DNA of 45,593 nucleotides from a virus (Duplodnaviria > Caudoviricetes), in IMG/VR virus record IMGVR_UViG_3300043580_000111, positions 1 through 45,593 of that record; one strand, written 5' to 3'. The notes under the pieces are model-generated. The model worked only from the letters and a program-made list of their open reading frames with translations, had not been told where the DNA came from and searched no databases. This document shows, piece after piece, positions 26,730 through 36,209 of this stretch; the stretch's first letter is position 1; every line of letters starts with the position of its first letter. Position numbers and translations under genes: made by a program.

Positions 26730-27914
26730 TTATTCCTCTGTGTTAACTATTTCAAACTCGATGCGCGGAGCAACCGCCGCGCGCGGATCGGACGCCGGAG
26801 CCAACGTGGTTCCGGGATCTGATAGTGTGACCAGCTCATTCCACTGAGCCGGCTTCTTCAACTTCTTCGCCTTCAGGATCTTCTCCGCCTGGGTCGGGCT
26901 TTGGAGCTTATGAGCGAATGCATCAGGGCCGAGAGCCTCCGTCATGACGAAAGTCGCCACGTCCTCATCGGCCCATACCCTCTTGCCGCGCTTATCGACC
27001 AACTTCCACCCTGGAATCTCCTCGCCTTTGTCGGCTATCGATTTGGCGTAAGCGCGAACGGCGGCGAGCCATTCGTCGATGATCTCCGCGCCTTCGAGAA
27101 TTCCCCCTAAACGCTCGCGGGATATCTTGGCGGGGTCCGGCAGGAACGTGACGGCGTCCTCGACTTCCACCACTTCGAATTCCAGTCCGATAGAGGCGAT
27201 GGCCTTCGCCCGCAGCGCCGGGCAGTCACCGGCGGCGCGGCAGAAGCGGCAGTGATCGCCCGCGATCCTTGGCGCGAGCGGGTCCGTCACCGCTTCCGCG
27301 ATCTCAAGGAGGTCGGCGGCGAAATCATGGATCTCCGCCGTCGTCATGATGGTCCTCTGGGGCGGCCCGAGGGCCGGCTGGACGACCACCAACTCGATCT
27401 GGGTGATCTCATGGGCAAGCCCGGTGGGCAGGCTGTGCAGGGCGCCGAGGCCGTAGCCGCCCAACTGGAGATTGACCCTCCCATCGGCACGGCGGACGGA
27501 GACGGGGACACCCCGGCCGGTCTTGAAGTCAGCGACGTAGAGGACCGGCGGGGCGATGATCACCGCGTCGGCGGTGCCCCAGTAAAGCTCCGAGAGGGCG
27601 GAGAGTTCGAACGCCTGCTCCAGCAATAATTCACCACCGAGGCGATCATGCGCCGCCTGGACTTCGATCTGATAGGCGAGGATCATCTCCGCGCCCTCCG
27701 GGTCTTCAGGCAGAGCGTCGAGAGGATTCAATCCTTCGCTGATACACGCCGGCGCCAGCGCATGGAGATCGGTTCCGCGTTTGGCGTAGACGGAGGTGGG
27801 GTTTAGCCTGCCTTCCTCGGCCCGCATCGACCCAGGACACATGAAGCGGCGTTCAAGGGCGGACATTCCGAGGGGCGAGTGGCCCCGCTCCGAGGGGAGT
27901 CGGGTATCGTTCAC
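26730..27914 (-). CDS. DUF2800 Cas4-like PD-(D/E)xK nuclease
   Basis: HS.LG.SA..R..CPGS, GTDLH, WGTAD, VADFKTG, NLQL..Y and HCRFC....CP motifs; GTG overlaps the upstream TGA. Confidence 0.9.
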   Translation of the reverse strand: MNDTRLPSERGHSPLGMSALERRFMCPGSMRAEEGRLNPTSVYAKRGTDLHALAPACISEGLNPLDALPEDPEGAEMILAYQIEVQAAHDRLGGELLLEQAFELSALSELYWGTADAVIIAPPVLYVADFKTGRGVPVSVRRADGRVNLQLGGYGLGALHSLPTGLAHEITQIELVVVQPALGPPQRTIMTTAEIHDFAADLLEIAEAVTDPLAPRIAGDHCRFCRAAGDCPALRAKAIASIGLEFEVVEVEDAVTFLPDPAKISRERLGGILEGAEIIDEWLAAVRAYAKSIADKGEEIPGWKLVDKRGKRVWADEDVATFVMTEALGPDAFAHKLQSPTQAEKILKAKKLKKPAQWNELVTLSDPGTTLAPASDPRAAVAPRIEFEIVNTEE

Positions 27915-28408
27915 GCCCCATACTCCGCGAGAACCTTCTGGGCTTCCTCGGCGATGACAGGCCAGGTCGAGGGGTCGCACTCGGACAAACGCCGACTGCC
28001 ACCATAGGCCTCCAGGATGTTGGTGATCGCCTTGACCTTGAGCGGATGCACCGCGCCGACCTTGGACAGCAGAGAGCGCATGGCGGGCTCGTCGAGGGGT
28101 TCGGGCGGAGGCGGCGGGGCCAGGGGCGTGGCGTTAATGGGCGCTTCGGCGCCATTGGTCTTCGCCCTGGAGCGTGTTGGTTTTGGTGGCAAAGGGGGAG
28201 GTTCCACCGGAATAATCTCCGGCTCCGGCGCGGGCGGCGGTGGTGGCGCGTCCGATGGCAGGTCAGCCGTGGCTTCCATCAGCTGTTCATCCGACAGAGC
28301 CTTACTGAGCGTGGGGTATCTGATGACCCCGCCGTGACGGCGATGCTGAAGAACCAGGAACAGCTCCTCTTCGGTCAGGTCGATCGAACAATTAACAGTG
28401 ATGCTCAT
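27911..28408 (-). CDS. Hypothetical protein of the APSE-type replication module
   Basis: Pro-rich linker plus short helical C-domain, in the position usually found upstream of DUF2800. Confidence 0.65.
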   Translation of the reverse strand: MSITVNCSIDLTEEELFLVLQHRRHGGVIRYPTLSKALSDEQLMEATADLPSDAPPPPPAPEPEIIPVEPPPLPPKPTRSRAKTNGAEAPINATPLAPPPPPEPLDEPAMRSLLSKVGAVHPLKVKAITNILEAYGGSRRLSECDPSTWPVIAEEAQKVLAEYGA

Positions 28409-29742
28409 GAGGTCTCTTCCAAAAGTTGAGTGACGATCCGCCGCTTGCGGCGGACGATGTCGGCGACGCGGGCGTCGATGGAGTCCGCGACGGTCAGGAT
28501 GGATATCCGCACGGGGCGGGCCTGGCCGGCGCGATACAGGCGCGCGACGGCCTGATCGATCGAGGCGCTGGTCCAGTCGGTCTCCAGGAAGATGGCGCGG
28601 CGGGCGCTCTGGAGGTTGAGACCGAACCCGGCCACCCTGACGGAGGCCACGAGGACTTTGACGACGCCCGCGTTGAACCCGGCGACGGCGCCCTCGCGAA
28701 GAGTATGGGCGGTTTCGCCCATCAGGAGGCGGGCGCCGAGAGACTGGCAGGCATCATTGATGGCCTGGAGGGCCGCGACGTGGACGCCGAAGAGGACGAT
28801 CCTGTCCGCGCCGCCCTCGATCTCACTCTTGATGAGATCGACCGCCGCCCTGCTCTTGGCCAGGGCGAGGACGCGGCGGGTGCTGGCGAGCGGCAACAAC
28901 ATCGCGTTGAGCCGCTGCCACCCCGCCTCGTCGCTACCTTCCAGCTGGGTCAGGACAACATTCAGCTCATTCCGTTGTTGCTCTGTCATCGTGGCCTCGA
29001 TCGCGCGGCGATCGGCGGGACTGATCTCGACGGGCAAGGTGTCCACGGTCAGCGGCGGCAGGTCGGTCACATCGGACAGTTTCACGCGGCTGGCGCATTT
29101 CGAGAGGATGGCGCGGAGCTCTTCAGTATTACGGGCACCGACGATGATCGGGCCAAATGTCTTTTGGACAGTGACGCAAAAGTGGTTGAGAAACTGCTGT
29201 TTCTGTACCTTGCCGGGGATAAGGTTGGGGAAAAGGCGGGACAGATGTGGATGTAATTCGTCAGGGCTATTGAGCACGGGCGTCCCCGTCGCGATCCAGA
29301 CCCGGCTGGAACGAGTATAAAGAGCCCCTTTCGAGTAAATAGTGGCGCCGTAGAAGGCTCTTGTTCTCGCCGCGGCGCCGTGGCCGAGAGCATGACCCTC
29401 GTCGCAGACGATGCTCTCCCAGTAAAGACGGAATAACTGTTTCCAGATCTCGACCCTTCGCATCAGGTCGTAACTGACAATCACGATATCGGCGGTGTCA
29501 TCGACGATCGATTTGCCGGAGGTGATCCGCTGGACGCGGACGCCAAGACGCCAGGCGGCGATGTCGGCCAGGGTCTGCGGGATCAGGACGGCGTGGGTGA
29601 TCCACAGTTGCCGCCCGCCCACGGTCGCGCCGGCGCGAATGAGCGCGGCGGTTTTTCCAACGCCAGGCTCCCATAATAGGAGGAAATGCCCTTTGGCCAT
29701 ATCGGGTATGACGGCCGCCTGGTGCTTCCAAAGTTTCACCAC
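28405..29742 (-). CDS. SNF2-like superfamily 2 helicase
   Basis: EPGVGKT, CDEGH, ATGTP, GLNLQ and QAVARLYRAGQ motifs. Confidence 0.92.
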   Translation of the reverse strand: MVKLWKHQAAVIPDMAKGHFLLLWEPGVGKTAALIRAGATVGGRQLWITHAVLIPQTLADIAAWRLGVRVQRITSGKSIVDDTADIVIVSYDLMRRVEIWKQLFRLYWESIVCDEGHALGHGAAARTRAFYGATIYSKGALYTRSSRVWIATGTPVLNSPDELHPHLSRLFPNLIPGKVQKQQFLNHFCVTVQKTFGPIIVGARNTEELRAILSKCASRVKLSDVTDLPPLTVDTLPVEISPADRRAIEATMTEQQRNELNVVLTQLEGSDEAGWQRLNAMLLPLASTRRVLALAKSRAAVDLIKSEIEGGADRIVLFGVHVAALQAINDACQSLGARLLMGETAHTLREGAVAGFNAGVVKVLVASVRVAGFGLNLQSARRAIFLETDWTSASIDQAVARLYRAGQARPVRISILTVADSIDARVADIVRRKRRIVTQLLEETS

Positions 29743-30269
29743 CAGGGCTCCTCATTCGTAACGGCTTTCCAGGTCAGGCCGCTCAAAGCACGCCCGACCG
29801 TGCTCGCCGCCACCCCGTGACTCTGGGCTATTCTATAGTTGGGCTCTCCGCCCCCGGCGCGACGTCTGATATCTCTGATCACCTCGGGCGTCAGTTTGGC
29901 CAGGTGGCTATCAACGCCTTTACACATACGACCTTTGTTGACAGCGTCTCTCGTGTTCTCGGCGGGCGTTCCCAGAAACAAATGATCGGGTCGGACACAT
30001 GTCGGTACATCGCAACTGTGACATACGCTCTTGCCTCTGGGGACGGGACCATGAGCCCATGTCCACGCCAAACGATGAACCCTTACCTGTCGCGCGGGGG
30101 CCGTTTCAGATTTAGGAAGCCAGAAAACACCGTATCCGTATCTGTCAGGCTGCGTGCATCCTTTCCAAATCCAGCAGCCTTCGCTTTTCTCGACGTAACT
30201 CCAGAACCGCTCCTGGACGACGTCCAGAGGGAGCACTGGCCTCACCCAATTACCGCTCCCGATCACCAT
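29736..30269 (-). CDS. HNH endonuclease
   Basis: FWSYV...CWIWKG, HRLAW, VCHSCDVPTCVRPDHLFLGT..EN..D motifs; C-terminal HTH. Confidence 0.92.
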   Translation of the reverse strand: MVIGSGNWVRPVLPLDVVQERFWSYVEKSEGCWIWKGCTQPDRYGYGVFWLPKSETAPARQVRVHRLAWTWAHGPVPRGKSVCHSCDVPTCVRPDHLFLGTPAENTRDAVNKGRMCKGVDSHLAKLTPEVIRDIRRRAGGGEPNYRIAQSHGVAASTVGRALSGLTWKAVTNEEPWW

Positions 30270-30487
30270 GATTCATCCTCGACAGGCTCGGGCGCCCGCT
30301 CCGGCGCGGGCAGTCCCGACGCGAGGATTCCGACTATTACAGAGCGTAATATGAGGATACGCCCACTCAGGCGAATAGCCGGGAGTTCGCCACGCGCCAC
30401 CTGCCCGTAGATAGTGCGGGAGGGCACGCCCAGGACGCGAGCAGCCTCCGCGACTGAATAGGTATGAGAAGGTAGCGTGTTGTTCAT
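30263..30487 (-). CDS. Excisionase-like helix-turn-helix protein
   Basis: YSVAEAARVLGVPSRTIY...GELPAIRLSGRILI. Confidence 0.8.
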   Translation of the reverse strand: MNNTLPSHTYSVAEAARVLGVPSRTIYGQVARGELPAIRLSGRILILRSVIVGILASGLPAPERAPEPVEDESW

Positions 30488-30534
30488 GTGAAGCGTATTA
30501 ACAGGTAGCGTATGTGGCAACAAGGGGAAAAGTG

Positions 30535-30768
30535 ATGCGGTTCACCAAGGAAAACACGCCAGAGGCGAACGACGATGACATTCGGAAGATGAACGAACGC
30601 TATTATATCGTCGCCGATAGCGTGCGCCCTGGCGGATTCGAGCCGTCTTTCCTGGAGAAACTGGCCGAGGTCGTAAGGGAGGAAGTCATGGTGCAGCGGC
30701 GGCTGCGGGAGGCGTTCCAGACGTATCAAAACAAAGACAAGGAAAAAGATGGCGAAGGAGGCAAATAG
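30535..30768 (+). CDS. Hypothetical protein
   Basis: AAGGGG RBS; divergent from the HTH gene. Confidence 0.55.
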   Translation: MRFTKENTPEANDDDIRKMNERYYIVADSVRPGGFEPSFLEKLAEVVREEVMVQRRLREAFQTYQNKDKEKDGEGGK

Positions 30769-30770
30769 GG

Positions 30771-30801
30771 TTGACCTATGGTCGTGAGAGGTTCATATAG
30801 G
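30771..30801 (+). promoter_or_regulatory. Putative early promoter (copy 1)
   Basis: TTGACC-N17-CATATA(GG); same architecture recurs at 36258-36288 on the - strand. Confidence 0.6.
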
Positions 30802-30825
30802 GGACATCAACAAGGAGACGCCAAC

Positions 30826-31002
30826 ATGACCGATGCGATGAAGACCGCGATCCTCACCGCCTTCGCCACCGCCGACACGCACCTCATCGCGGCTGCTTTT
30901 GGCCTCGAGCGCGCGGAAGTCGAACGGGTGCTCTGGGAGGACGCCAAAAACAACCGCCCGATCCGTTGGACGAAAAAGGAGATCGCGGCCTGGAGCGCCT
31001 GA
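30826..31002 (+). CDS. Small hypothetical protein
   Basis: AAGGAG RBS before ATG 30826. Confidence 0.6.
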   Translation: MTDAMKTAILTAFATADTHLIAAAFGLERAEVERVLWEDAKNNRPIRWTKKEIAAWSA

Positions 31003-31085
31003 AGGCGAAGAAAAACCGGCGGCGTGGGGGGCGCCGCCGGAAGTGGGGGTGTGACGAATAACGAGTGGAAAAGGAATGTAAGCAG

Positions 31086-31346
31086 ATGAAAACGAGCAAC
31101 GCAACATTGATGGATAAATGCCGCGAATGCGGCGGTGGTGGACTGCGCGGGGACGGTCACCCCAATGACCCATGGGCGAAAACGTGGGAGTGCCGCGAAT
31201 GTGAAGGGACCGGCGAGGTCGTGGCGTCTTGCGAATGCTGCCAACGTGACGCGGTGGAAGTGTTCGATGGGCTGATGCTCTGCTCCGTATGCGCGGAAGA
31301 ACAGCGGTTGGATTACGCGGTGGAAGCAGCGGAGTATCGGTCGTGA
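31086..31346 (+). CDS. Small Zn-finger protein (DnaJ-type CxxCxGxG repeats)
   Basis: CRECGGGG, CRECEGTG, CECC and CSVC motifs. Confidence 0.7.
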   Translation: MKTSNATLMDKCRECGGGGLRGDGHPNDPWAKTWECRECEGTGEVVASCECCQRDAVEVFDGLMLCSVCAEEQRLDYAVEAAEYRS

Positions 31347-31516
31347 GTGGAAAACTGACGGCCTGGGACATCCGGATCATGTTGCTTGAGCTGGATCTCG
31401 CCGAGAAATACCGCGAGCTGCCGGAGACGCACGGGAAAAGCATCAGGGCGATACGCGACATGCTGCTGCGCGCCGCCGTCGGGGATGTCGAAATGGAGAC
31501 GGAGGAAAAGCCATGA
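31343..31516 (+). CDS. Small hypothetical protein
   Basis: GTGA and ATGA overlaps on both sides. Confidence 0.5.
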   Translation: MSGKLTAWDIRIMLLELDLAEKYRELPETHGKSIRAIRDMLLRAAVGDVEMETEEKP

Positions 31517-31797
31517 GCGAGACGATGCGGGGGATCGTGGAGGATGACCGCGCGCGACGTCTGGGAGCGGCGCTGACGGCGTTGCGGTGGACCTCGGGGG
31601 ATCTGGCGGAGGTGCTTGGCATCGGCGTCAGCACCGCGCGCAGGTGGCGGGAAGGGCTGTATCCCGTGCCGGACGCGGTGATGACGTGGATCGAAGGGCT
31701 CGCGGGCGCGGTAGCGGCGGCGGGGCCGCCGCCGGTGCGGGTGAAGATCGGCCATCGGCCGTCGAAGGAAATGGACGAATGGGCTGAATGGGGGTGA
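31513..31797 (+). CDS. XRE-like HTH DNA-binding protein
   Basis: LRWTSGDLAEVLGIGVSTARRWREG..PVP. Confidence 0.7.
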   Translation: MSETMRGIVEDDRARRLGAALTALRWTSGDLAEVLGIGVSTARRWREGLYPVPDAVMTWIEGLAGAVAAAGPPPVRVKIGHRPSKEMDEWAEWG

Positions 31798-31832
31798 GCG
31801 CATACTACACGAAGAAACCGAGGGGGTGAACG

Positions 31833-34307
31833 ATGGCTGACGACAAGGACAAAACACGAGGGTTGAACCTACGGGATATCCCCGGCCTGAGCGCGATGCT
31901 GGCCGTCGATCGGTGGTGCATCTGGTACTGGCGGGTGCTGATCCGAAAGGACGGGACACGGGGGCGGACCAAGGTTCCCGTCATCCCCGGAACGGGCATC
32001 GGCGTTCGCGTCAACGATCTGGAAGGCATGGCCGGTTACGATCGGGCGGCGTCAGCGGTGGAGGTCGAGGACGCCGCCGGCGTCGGCTGGCGGATGGAGG
32101 GAGACATCGGGCTGGTGGCGCTGGATCTCGATCACTGTCGTGATCCGAAGACCGGACGGGTGGACGGATGGGCGCTGGCGCTCCTTACAGCCGCGCCGGG
32201 GGCGTATCGGGAGATCACGCCCAGCGGAACGGGGTTGCGGGTCCTGGGACGCCTGGGAGGGCTCCCAGAGGCGTTCCAGGGCAAGTTACGGGTGAAGGCA
32301 TGGGCGGACGGGCTGGAGGGGCCTGACAGCGCCGAGGAGCGCGCCTGGTGGGGGAAGGGGATCAAGGCCGGCGCCGCGATCGAGATCTTCCATGCCTGCG
32401 CCCGGTTCCTGACAGTGACCGGATGGGACCCGGTCGGGGATTGCACGGTCGAGATAACGCCCGTCGTGGAATGGCTGATGGAGCGAGCCGAGAAGGGGCG
32501 GACCATCGAAGGGCGCGCGGAGCGGAGCGAGGACGAAGGGCTCTCCCTGCGCGGGCACATCGAAGACGTGATCGCGGCCCTCGGGGTTATCCCGAACGAG
32601 GATGTGGGGTGGGATGACTGGTCGAAGACCGGGATGGCCGTATGGGGCGCCACGGGCGGAAGCGAGGACGGATACGAGGCGTTCAGGGAGTGGAGCGCGA
32701 AGAGCGGCAAGCACGACGACGCGGCCTGCCGCGAGCGGTGGGATCACTGGATGCGCTCGCCGCCTGGTCGGCTCGGTATCGGGACGCTGCTGTATGAGGC
32801 CAACAAGGCCGATCCGGCGTGGGTGAAGCCGTCGAGGAAGGCGCGGGGGGAGTCGGAAGCCTCGGTGATCCAGGGTGGTGGTAAGAAGAAAAAACCAGTC
32901 GCCGCCGGGTCGATCGTCACCGAGGGGAAAGTAGCGGACATCTTCACGGCCGCTCACGTGGAGCAGCTGCGCTTCGATCATACGCGCGGAAAATGGTTTC
33001 TGTGGAATGGCGCGCGGTGGAAGCGGGAAGAGACGAAGCTGGCCTATCGATGGGCGCATGAAAAGGCGCGGCGCGCGGCGTGGGGGCATGCGCCGAAGAC
33101 CGTGGAGCAGGCCGGGAAAGCATCGTTCGCGGGTGGCGTGGAGCGGCTGGCGCAGGCACGGGGGGCGTTCGCGGTCACGCATGAGATATGGGACGCGGAC
33201 CCATGGCTACTGGGCACGCCCGATGGCGTCATTGATCTTCGAACCGGAGTCATGCGAGGGGCGCGGCCCGAGGACTACATCACGCGATCGACGGCGGTCG
33301 CGCCCGCCGTGGGCGAGGATTGTCCCCTCTGGCTGAAGTTCCTGGAGGAAGCGACCGGCGGCGACGCCGGAATGATCGGATTCCTCCAGAGATGGTTCGG
33401 CTACTGCCTCACCGGAATCACGCATGAGCACGCCCTGGTGTTCATCCACGGTGACGGAGGGAACGGCAAAAGCGTCGTTATGAACACCGTCTTTGGGATC
33501 ATGGGCGGCTACGCGACGAACGCCGCCATGGATACGTTTGTCGTGACACGCGGAGACAAGCACACGACGGATCTCGCCATGTTGGACGGGGCGCGGATGG
33601 TCATGGCGTCCGAGGTGGAGGAGGGGCAGACCTGGGCCGAAGCGCGGATCAAGGCCATCACGGGCGGCGATTCGATAACCGCCCGCTTCATGCGGCAGGA
33701 TAATTTCACGTTCGTCCCTCGCTTCAAGCTGACGATCAGCGGCAATCACAAACCAGCACTGAAAGGCGTTGATAACTCCACCCGCCGCCGGTTCAATATC
33801 GTGCCTTTCGATAAGCGGCCCGCCATGCCCGATGTGGAACTGCCTGAAAAGCTGAAAGCGGAATGGCCGGGGATTCTGCGATGGATGGTCAACGGGTGCC
33901 TGGAATGGCGGCGAAACGGGCTCGGAGCGCCGGAGGCGGTGACCATCGCCACCAATGATTATTTTGAGTCGCAGGATGTTTTCGGGCGGTGGATCGAAGA
34001 CCGATGCAATCTTGGATGGGGAATGGATGACACACCCGCCGCGTTGCTGAGCAGCTTCGAAGACTGGTGCCGGGTCAACAGGGAAGAGATGACGGACAGT
34101 CGCCGCCTGAGGGGAATGTTGGAGAAAATACAAGGGGTTCACTACAAGAAAACAAATGGGCTGCGGCTTGTCCACGGGATCGAACTGAAAGAGACGACGG
34201 TGGCCAAAGAGAAAAAAGCGAAGGAAGAAGCAGCGAAAAAAGCCGCCGCCGGGAATGGTGGCGCGCCCAAAGCCGATCCCGAAGAAGAAGCCCCCGGAGA
34301 GTTTTGA
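31833..34307 (+). CDS. Primase-helicase (prim-pol N-terminus, PriCT-2, D5-type SF3 helicase)
   Basis: LDLDHC and EITPSGTGLR; W..TGMA...EAFREWS..S.K; GDGGNGKS Walker A; IKAITGGD.I.ARF; GNHKP; RRFNIVPF. Confidence 0.93.
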   Translation: MADDKDKTRGLNLRDIPGLSAMLAVDRWCIWYWRVLIRKDGTRGRTKVPVIPGTGIGVRVNDLEGMAGYDRAASAVEVEDAAGVGWRMEGDIGLVALDLDHCRDPKTGRVDGWALALLTAAPGAYREITPSGTGLRVLGRLGGLPEAFQGKLRVKAWADGLEGPDSAEERAWWGKGIKAGAAIEIFHACARFLTVTGWDPVGDCTVEITPVVEWLMERAEKGRTIEGRAERSEDEGLSLRGHIEDVIAALGVIPNEDVGWDDWSKTGMAVWGATGGSEDGYEAFREWSAKSGKHDDAACRERWDHWMRSPPGRLGIGTLLYEANKADPAWVKPSRKARGESEASVIQGGGKKKKPVAAGSIVTEGKVADIFTAAHVEQLRFDHTRGKWFLWNGARWKREETKLAYRWAHEKARRAAWGHAPKTVEQAGKASFAGGVERLAQARGAFAVTHEIWDADPWLLGTPDGVIDLRTGVMRGARPEDYITRSTAVAPAVGEDCPLWLKFLEEATGGDAGMIGFLQRWFGYCLTGITHEHALVFIHGDGGNGKSVVMNTVFGIMGGYATNAAMDTFVVTRGDKHTTDLAMLDGARMVMASEVEEGQTWAEARIKAITGGDSITARFMRQDNFTFVPRFKLTISGNHKPALKGVDNSTRRRFNIVPFDKRPAMPDVELPEKLKAEWPGILRWMVNGCLEWRRNGLGAPEAVTIATNDYFESQDVFGRWIEDRCNLGWGMDDTPAALLSSFEDWCRVNREEMTDSRRLRGMLEKIQGVHYKKTNGLRLVHGIELKETTVAKEKKAKEEAAKKAAAGNGGAPKADPEEEAPGEF

Positions 34308-34327
34308 CTTTAGATAAACAAAAGGGT

Positions 34328-34433
34328 CCAGGGCAGGGTAGGGCAGAGTAATAACGATTGACCGCATACACGCGCGTGCACGCATATACGTGTAGGGCGA
34401 GTTACGTTATTGGCCCGCCCTACCCTGCCCTGG
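34328..34433. repeat. Long inverted repeat (candidate replication origin)
   Basis: Perfect 17-bp arms ccagggcagggtagggc / gccctaccctgccctgg, with inner pairs aataacg/cgttatt and tacacg/cgtgta. Confidence 0.8.
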
Positions 34434-34460
34434 TTGATATTTGATAATAAGGAATATGTG

Positions 34461-34742
34461 ATGAGTAACGGGAAATGGGGTGATCCAGGCGTGCCTAAGG
34501 CCGGATGGGAATGTGTTGGTGTAGAGGATCTGGAAGAGCCGAGCGTCATTTGCGAGATGTGCGAGGTCCAGGAAATCCGATACGTCCATTCGATGGAACA
34601 TCGGGATTATCCCGATACGCTACGATGCGGCTGCATCTGCGCCGGGAACATGGAACAGGATGTCGCGGCGGCGCGCGTTCGCGACGCGGGCATGCGAAAA
34701 CGGGCGGCGCGGCCCGCGCCTCCCGACCCGGAGTGGTGGTGA
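34461..34742 (+). CDS. Small Cys/His Zn-binding protein
   Basis: GVPKAGW.C, CEMC..EIRYVH and CGCICA motifs; AAGGA RBS. Confidence 0.7.
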   Translation: MSNGKWGDPGVPKAGWECVGVEDLEEPSVICEMCEVQEIRYVHSMEHRDYPDTLRCGCICAGNMEQDVAAARVRDAGMRKRAARPAPPDPEWW

Positions 34743-35191
34743 CCCTTATCCTCGGGATCGACCCCGGCATGAATGGCGCGGCCGCGCTGATACGAGTGGA
34801 GGCTGGCAAACCTCCCGGCGCCGTTATCGCGCCTTTGTCCGATCGGTGGTTTCTGTTGGCCACACGCGATGTCAGGCTGGTTGTCGTCGAAGCCCAACAC
34901 GCGAGCCCCCAGATGGGCACACGCTCGGCCTTCGCCCTGGGGCGGGCATACGGGGCCGTACGGGGCGTGCTGGCGACGCTGCCGGGACTGAGGGTGGAAT
35001 ATGTCCAGCCGGCGGTCTGGAGGGGCTCCTACGGGCTCTCGGGCGGCGCGGCTGGCAAAGCGGCCGGCGTCGCCATGGCCAGGGATGTTCTGAACGACCC
35101 TGAACGGCCCCTGACGCATGACGAAGCCGATGCCGTGTTGCTGGCATGGTGGGGCTGGCGGAACGTGGTCAATCGCCCGGTAACGGATTAG
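34739..35191 (+). CDS. RuvC-like Holliday junction resolvase
   Basis: ILGIDPG, VVVE, SAF.LG..YG, P..W and DEADA motifs; GTGA overlap. Confidence 0.88.
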   Translation: MTLILGIDPGMNGAAALIRVEAGKPPGAVIAPLSDRWFLLATRDVRLVVVEAQHASPQMGTRSAFALGRAYGAVRGVLATLPGLRVEYVQPAVWRGSYGLSGGAAGKAAGVAMARDVLNDPERPLTHDEADAVLLAWWGWRNVVNRPVTD

Positions 35192-35438
35192 CGGCGAGCG
35201 TTTCACGAGCCCTCGCATAACGGGCCAGAGCTTTCCGGTAACCCTCGCGCGCCGTGTCGCGCTGACAACGCAATGCCTCGTTTTCCCGGTCATACGTTCC
35301 GGCTGGCGCATATCCCCGCTTCATCGCGCGACGGTTCAGGGTGATTTGATGCGTCGCGTCCTCGGCCGCGCGGGCGTGGCGCGCCATGGCGGCGAGTGCT
35401 GATGCACTCGCCCGCGTGGCGCGAATAATGGCGTTCAT
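35169..35438 (-). CDS. Hypothetical protein
   Basis: ATGA overlap with the upstream gene. Confidence 0.5.
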   Translation of the reverse strand: MNAIIRATRASASALAAMARHARAAEDATHQITLNRRAMKRGYAPAGTYDRENEALRCQRDTAREGYRKALARYARARETLAANPLPGD

Positions 35439-36208
35439 GCCGCCACCCCGTTTTTCTTGAACACGACGCCCGCGCGACGCTTCACGGCGCGCGCCTGAGT
35501 GGAATGGTTCGGGATGACGATGTTTCGCTTCCCCTTGCCTTTGATCCCCGAGCACAGCTGGCAATCCTGACACTGAAGGAGCTTGCCGGCTTCCTCCGAC
35601 GCGGGACACAGCGCTTCGGTCTTTTCCCTGGTCCAGCCAACGGCGGGGGCGACGCGGAATGTACGCCAGCCAGCCGCCTGGGCTTCGGCCGCTTCCTCGA
35701 GCGTATCAACTGACGCCATCACGTACGCCTTTAACCAGGCGAAGCGGGCATCGCGCCATTGGTGGGTATAGCCGGTGCGGCCGGCGCTCTCGCTCAGCAT
35801 CGACACCCAAACCGACTCTGGCACGGCGGCTGGATCACCATACGTTCCCAGACGGATCAATTTGCCATCGAACGCTTCGGCGAGATCTTCAATCGCACAC
35901 GTCTCATAATGGCCGCGAGCGTGTGATTTATGGACAATGGTCACGCCTTGCCCAAGGTTCACATAACACTCGCGTGAGCCTTCGATCCGCATGCCTTCGT
36001 CATCGCGCAGACCCCGGTGCTTACAGTCGCCGCAAATCGCCTTGTCGGCGCCGGTGCGGGAAGCTTCAACGGGATGCATATCGTCGCGGAGGATATAGGT
36101 TTGGAGTAATTCAGCTCCGGTCTTCCTGTTTGACGAGCCGGAGAAGCCGGTGACGATCATGACGATCGGTGATCCGTCCAACATCGATGGTCCCTGATAG
36201 ACGAGCAT
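35435..36208 (-). CDS. Uncharacterised Cys-rich phage protein, possibly Fe-S binding
   Basis: SNRKTG, ICGDC...CYV, IRLGTYGDP, GYTHQW, ASVD and CPA...CQDCQLC; 8 Cys; has its own promoter. Confidence 0.7.
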   Translation of the reverse strand: MLVYQGPSMLDGSPIVMIVTGFSGSSNRKTGAELLQTYILRDDMHPVEASRTGADKAICGDCKHRGLRDDEGMRIEGSRECYVNLGQGVTIVHKSHARGHYETCAIEDLAEAFDGKLIRLGTYGDPAAVPESVWVSMLSESAGRTGYTHQWRDARFAWLKAYVMASVDTLEEAAEAQAAGWRTFRVAPAVGWTREKTEALCPASEEAGKLLQCQDCQLCSGIKGKGKRNIVIPNHSTQARAVKRRAGVVFKKNGVAA

Positions 36209-36209
36209 G

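Noticed and set aside
26730-27914. Cas4 as evidence of a CRISPR-Cas system
   Set aside because: It is the DUF2800 nuclease in its usual helicase-SSB-PolA context; no other cas genes or array.
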